DNA of 64,000 nucleotides. Origin: the human T2T-CHM13v2.0 reference genome, Homo sapiens. The DNA is taken from the NCBI RefSeq assembly GCF_009914755.1, contig NC_060933.1. One strand, 5' to 3'. The notes under the pieces are model-generated. The model worked only from the letters and a program-made list of their open reading frames with translations, had not been told where the DNA came from and did no database searches. Positions 57,591 through 64,000 of this stretch are shown here, one piece after another. Every line of letters begins with the position of its first letter. The stretch's first letter is position 1. A program made the translations under genes and the position numbers.

Positions 57591-58809
57591 CTACGAAAAT
57601 ATAGACTGCTTTTTAATACAGAGTACTTAGATTGATGACAAGTGATGTTTTTGCATAAAGAATATGAATGTGGAAACAGATAACAAAGGACATCTTTATT
57701 CACATTAAGTATGAAAAAAATCAGGGAACATAAAGCAAACTTAATATTTCTTAATTTTAAACCTTGCAATATTTAGGCTGTTAGATGTAATACATAGTAA
57801 TAATAATTTAAAGCATTACACTGTGCTTACATTTAGATTAGATGTCATGAACTTCCAAATGAAATCTAGAGAAAAAACATTATTATGTTCTTATATCATG
57901 TGCATTAACAAGAGAGCATTTGATCTATTTAGAGTGTTTCTTAGGCCATAATATTATTCAGAAACCTCTGGTTTCTTTCTTCAAAATCAAAATAAAAAGA
58001 GTGGAGGAGGAGGAGGGTAAAGGGGAGGGGGAAATCAGAAAAGAAAGAGGAAAGAAATAAGTTTTTGCTTTGATGAATAGACTATTCCCAACATCTGTCC
58101 TTGAGAATTTAACCATGCATTTATCAAAAATTTCACATTTTTTCTACCCACTTTTAATAGCAAGTGTGAATTTCTGTTTTTAAATTCATAATGCTGTTCC
58201 AAAACCCCAATGTTATTTGTATGACTACTCCTGACACACTCTGACCTGGTACACAATTCTTTACACATCACTGATGGCTTTTACACAAATGCTAAGCCCT
58301 ATAGATTCTAGAACAAATCCTGGTCAGGGTATAAAATATATTAGAATTTCTAGCCTCATGGTAGGTGAAGTTTTGAAAGACATTTTACATTAGGTTTGGA
58401 ATTGATAATATTGGTATAGGACTCTGCATGGCCCCATGCTGCTAAGTCATTAGCCTGCTCCTATTCCTCACCTTACTGACCCAGATAACAAAACTAGGCT
58501 TCTGTGAAGTTTTCTCATACACAGTTTAAGGTTTTTGCTAGGTGAAAATTACTGTCTGAATCTAAGACCCCTGGAGGAGTGTCCTAGTATGTTATACACC
58601 AATCTAATCTCTTTCTCTAGGAAACTATATTTTATTCCCATATTCCCATTTAACTAATCTTGTCCACATTTTGAATGGATTAATTTTCTAGAACCATTGA
58701 GTTGTTAAGTACATACTTCCAGGGTCTAAGAAGCTGAAAACAGCCCAGCCAATTCCATCCAGTTCCATCTATCTCTCATTCCTCATCAATCTTTGTTGTT
58801 AAGATGCTA

Positions 58810-59086
58810 GGCCGGGTGCAGTGGCTCAGGGTGTAATCCCAGCACTTTGGGAGGCCGAGGTGGGCGGATCACGAGGTCAGGAGATCGGGACCATCCTGGC
58901 TAACATGGTGAAACCCCGTCTCTACTAAAAATACAAAAAATTAGCCAGGCATGGTGGCGGGCACCTGTAGTCCCAGCTACTCGGGAGACTGAGGCAGGAG
59001 AACAGTGTGAACCCGGGAGGCGGAGCTTGCCACCGCAGTCCAGCCTGGGCAAGAGAGCAAGACTCCGTTACAAAAAAAAAAGAAAA
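58810..59086 (+). mobile_element. AluY with a ~18-bp right-arm deletion
   Basis: ggatcacgaggtcaggagatcg, ggctaaca, ggagcttgc; TSD aagat(g/c)cta. Confidence 0.93.
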
Positions 59087-59288
59087 AAGATCCTAGCATG
59101 TCTGGAGCCTGAACCAAACTGGATAATAAAAGTATACTTTCAATTAATAATTAATGTATAGAAACTTTGGATATTCTAAGTATAATGGAAAATATATTAT
59201 GAAGTTAACATTATGCAGACAACTATAATTTCAAAAGACCTTTATTTTTCTCTAAAAGCAGTAACTGGTTGGGTATTATTTATATATA

Positions 59289-59385
59289 TTGGCCAGGCTG
59301 GTCTCAAATTCCTGACCTCAAGTCATCCATCTGCCTTGGCCTCCCAAAGTGCTGGGATTACAGGCATGAGCCACCATGCCTGGCC
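59289..59385 (-). mobile_element. Alu 5' fragment (first ~97 nt only)
   Basis: ttggccaggctggtctc...catgcctggcc, with no right arm or tail. Confidence 0.88.
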
Positions 59386-59689
59386 TCAGATGATATTTTC
59401 AAACAATTTTATTCCTATAAAAACTTTTAAGTTCAATGTGAATAATTTAATTTTTTTAAAATTTAAAATATTGCACACAGTCAAAACCTGACAAAGTTAT
59501 TTTTATTTATTTATATTTCGTTGTATATTTAATTATGCATTCATGCATTCATTTATATCATACAGAGACGATGTGGACTCAGAGGCAGTAGTCTTTTCTA
59601 GATTTTTACCTACATATCTTTTGATCCTAAGATTTTGAAAGCTCCTGGAGGAAAGCACTTACCAATAAATACTAAATGTATTCAATAGT

Positions 59690-62600
59690 AGAGGGACAGA
59701 GCAAAATGACTGAAAATAGGCCTCCAATTGTCCCCCACAAAGGAACACCAAATTTAACAACTATCTACCAAAAAAAAAAAAAAAGCACCTTCATAAGAAC
59801 AAAAAATCAGATGAACACTCACAGTACTTAGTTTTAACTTCATATGACTAAAAAAGGCACTGAAAAGGGTAGGAAAGACAGTCTTGAATTCATGATGTTA
59901 CACTTTCTCGATCCCCAAGCAGAAGCTATGTGGGGCAGAGAGAGAATGGTCTGCTCTTGGGAGAAGGAGAGTGCAGCAACTATGAGACTATGCATTGAAC
60001 TCAGTAAGGCCCTGTCACAGTAGAAAGGAAAACCAGCCTGAACTCAGGTGTAGCCCACACATGGAGGGGGCATTTAGAGCAGCCCTAGCCAGACGGGAAT
60101 CACTCATCCCAGTTGTTGGAACCTGAATTTTGACAAGCCTTGACACCATGGATTAAAGTGCTCTCAGGGCCTAAATAAAATAAATTTGAAAGGCAGTCTA
60201 GGCCTCAAGGACTGAAACTCCTAGGCATTTCCTAGTGCTGAGCTGGGCTCTGAGCAGGCGGACCTCAGGGATATGTGACCCACTGAGACACTAACTGAGA
60301 TGTCCAGAAATGCTGTCTAAGAGACAAAACCTGGAATTGGGGGTCCCAAGAGCCTGCTTGCTGCTCTATCCCACTATGGGTGAGCTAGTACCTAAGGTGA
60401 AAGACAAAGGCCCCTTTACTTTTCCCTCTGCTTTTCTGAAGTAGATGGAGTCTCTCACCATAGCCATTACAACTGGGAATATACTCATCTCACAGTCTCA
60501 CCCAAGGCCCATGGTATACTGTGTGGGTATTACCGCTGTTTATTCAGGGCCTAAGAGTTCCTTAGTCAGCAGGCGATGAATCTGGGTCCTTCCCTTCAAG
60601 ACACTGGGTTCTTTTCTTGCCCAATGTATGTCCAGGTGTATCACCCAGAGCAAGACCTGGAATAGGGACCTCACAGCTGTGACGAGTTTCCTATCCTACT
60701 GTGGCTAAGCTGGTATCCAAATGCAAGAAAAAGTCTTTTTTACTCTCCCTTCCCCTTTCCTCAAGCAGAAGAAAGAGGTCTCTTTTGGAGTCAGGAGCTA
60801 TGCTGCTGCCGGTTGGTGGAGAGGTAGCACGAGCACCATTCCAGCATTTCTGGATATGTCCTGGGCCACATGGGAGCCCATTACCCTGAAGGCTGAGTCC
60901 CAGGCCTGGCAGCATTAAGCACAAACTGATGTAAGAGCCCTTGGTTCTTAAGTGAACATCAGCGGTAGCCTGGCAGTACCTCTGTGGACTTGTAGTGGTG
61001 GTGGCCATGGGGTGAGGCTTCGCTGTCTGTGGAAGGAGAATAAAATAGTGGAAAGGAAATAGGCAGCAGCCAGGGACCGATTACATCAGGTCTTGGATGA
61101 GACCCAGTGCTGTACTGGTTTCAGAACTGATGCAGTGCAGTCACAGTAGTGGTGGCCACAAGGGTGCTTGTGTCACTCCACCCCCAGCTCTTATGAGACT
61201 ATGCATTGAACTCAGTAAGGCCCTGTCACAGTAGGAAGAAAAACCAGGCTCAATTCAGGTGTAGTCCACGCATGGAGGGGGCATTTAGAGCAGCCCTAGC
61301 CAGACGGGAATCACTCATCCCAGTTGTTGGAACCTGAGTTTTGACAAGCCTTGCCACCATGGATTAAAGTGCTCTCAGGGCCTAAATAAAACAAACTTGA
61401 AAGGCAGTCTAGGCCTCAAGGACTGAAACTCCTAGGCAATTCCTAGTGCTGAGCTGGGCTCTGAGCATGTGGACCTCAGGGATTTGTGAGTTTGTTTGGA
61501 CTCTATATGTTTGGGACAAAATTATGAAAGAGAACAAGAGTCTTTGCTTGGTAATCCAGAGAATTCCCCCGGATCTGGCCCAAGACCATCAAGGCAATAG
61601 GTAACTTCACGAGTCTGAGAAAAACAGTGTCACTGAGCTTCAGGTGCCCTCTAAAGAAGATTAGGCTTAGATCACAACACCCAAGTTTCTTTAAATATTT
61701 GGAAAGCCTTCCAAAGAAGGTTGCCTACAAATAAGGCCAGACAGTAAAGTCTAAAATACATACCAATTCAAAGCTGAGACACCAAAGAATGTCTACTAGA
61801 ATCAACATCATCCAGGAAAACATGCCCTCACCAGATGAATGAAATAAGGTACCAGGGACCAATCTTGGAGAAGTCCAGATATGTAACCTTTTAAAAAGAG
61901 AATTCAAATAGCTGTGTTGAGAAAACTCAATGAAATTCAAGATAACACACCAAACAAATTCAGAATTCTATCATATAAATTTAACAAAGATGTTCAAATA
62001 ATTTAAAAGGATCAAGCAGAAATCATAGAGCTAAAAAATGCAATTGGCATACTGAAGAAGTAATCAGAGTCCTTTAATAGCAAGGTGGATCAAGCAGAAG
62101 AAAAAAATAGCTTGAAAACAGGCCATTTGAAAATACAGTCAGAGGAGACAAGTGACAAATAGAGTAAAAAAGAATGAAGAACACCTACAAGATTCAGAAA
62201 ACAGGCTCCAAAAGTCAAATCTAAGAGTTATTGGCTTTAAAGAGGAGTTAGAAAAAGAGATAGGGATATAATGTTTACTCAAAGTGATGATAACAGAAAA
62301 CTTCCCAAACATAGAGAAAAATATCAACATTCATTTATAAGAAGGTAACAGAACACAAAGCAGATTTAACCCAAAGAAGACAACTTGAAGGCATTTAATA
62401 ATCAAACTTCCAAAATTCAAGGATTTAAAAAAGGATCCCAAAAGCAGTAGGAAAAATGAAACAAACAACATAAAATAAAACTCCAATACATCTGGCAGCA
62501 GATCTTTAGTGGAAACATTACAGGCTGACAGAGTAGCATCACATAGTTAAAAGGTTAAAGGAAAAAAAATTATCCTAAAATAGTATATCCACCAAAAATA

Positions 62601-62996
62601 TCCTCTGAAGATGAAGAAGACATAAAGGCTTTTCCAGATAAGCAAAAGCAGAGGGATTTTGTCAACAGCAGACCTGTCCTCCAACAAATGCTATAGGCAG
62701 TACTTCAAACACAAAGAAAAAGACATTAATGAGAAATAATAAATCATCTTAAGGTAAAAAACTCACTAGAAATTGTAAGAAGATAGAAAAATACAGAATA
62801 CTGTAACACTGTAACTGTGGTGTAAACTACTGTAAACTGTATGTAAACTACTCTTAAGTAGAAAAACTAAACCATAAAAAATTAAAAATAAAAACTGCGA
62901 TAACTTTTAAAGACATAGTACAAATATATATATATATACAAATATATGCATATATACATATATACATATATATGGAGAACAAGTTAGGGTGTAAAG
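59690..62996 (+). mobile_element. L1M1/M2-type 5'UTR plus ORF1, with internal inversion and duplication
   Basis: L1M 5'UTR start; ORF1 motifs (ataacagaaaacttcccaaac; gcagatctttagtggaaacattacaggc). Confidence 0.82.

Positions 62997-64000
<1,004 letters not shown>

Overview
This is primate (probably hominoid) nuclear genomic DNA, not a prokaryotic region. It is very AT-rich and dominated by retroelements: nested LINE-1 of many ages (L1ME/MD/MC, L1MA, L1PB, L1PA7/8-like, and a young L1PA2/3-like copy running off the right edge). It also holds about 12 Alu elements (J, S, Y), solo LTRs (MLT2A, MLT2D-like, a 932-bp ERV1 LTR with a perfect TTTG TSD), DNA-transposon relics (MER2, Tigger4) and microsatellites. 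Almost all ORF-track entries are decayed L1/Alu or low-complexity artefacts. The only plausible host-gene signal is a set of short + strand exons with good splice sites (392-428, 15309-15334, 18467-18510, 19490-~19600, plus an alternative last exon at 14285). They splice in frame to ...REKHFNLLKYTSV-YESRLLVAR-LNVNSMNNLNSKKH-GNLCTMPAYDKGRTCKP* or ...TSV-VILYLQNNN*, each followed by AATAAA. This looks like the 3' end of a gene I cannot name. The other notable content is rearrangement scars: several twin-priming L1 inversions, a Pol-theta-like templated insertion, an inversion plus 298-bp duplication in one L1 5'UTR, a ~190-bp AT hairpin with a local duplication, and a 21-bp micro-Alu. No convincing novel biological system was found. 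Repeat subfamily calls are from memory of consensus sequences, and unanchored boundaries are approximate.
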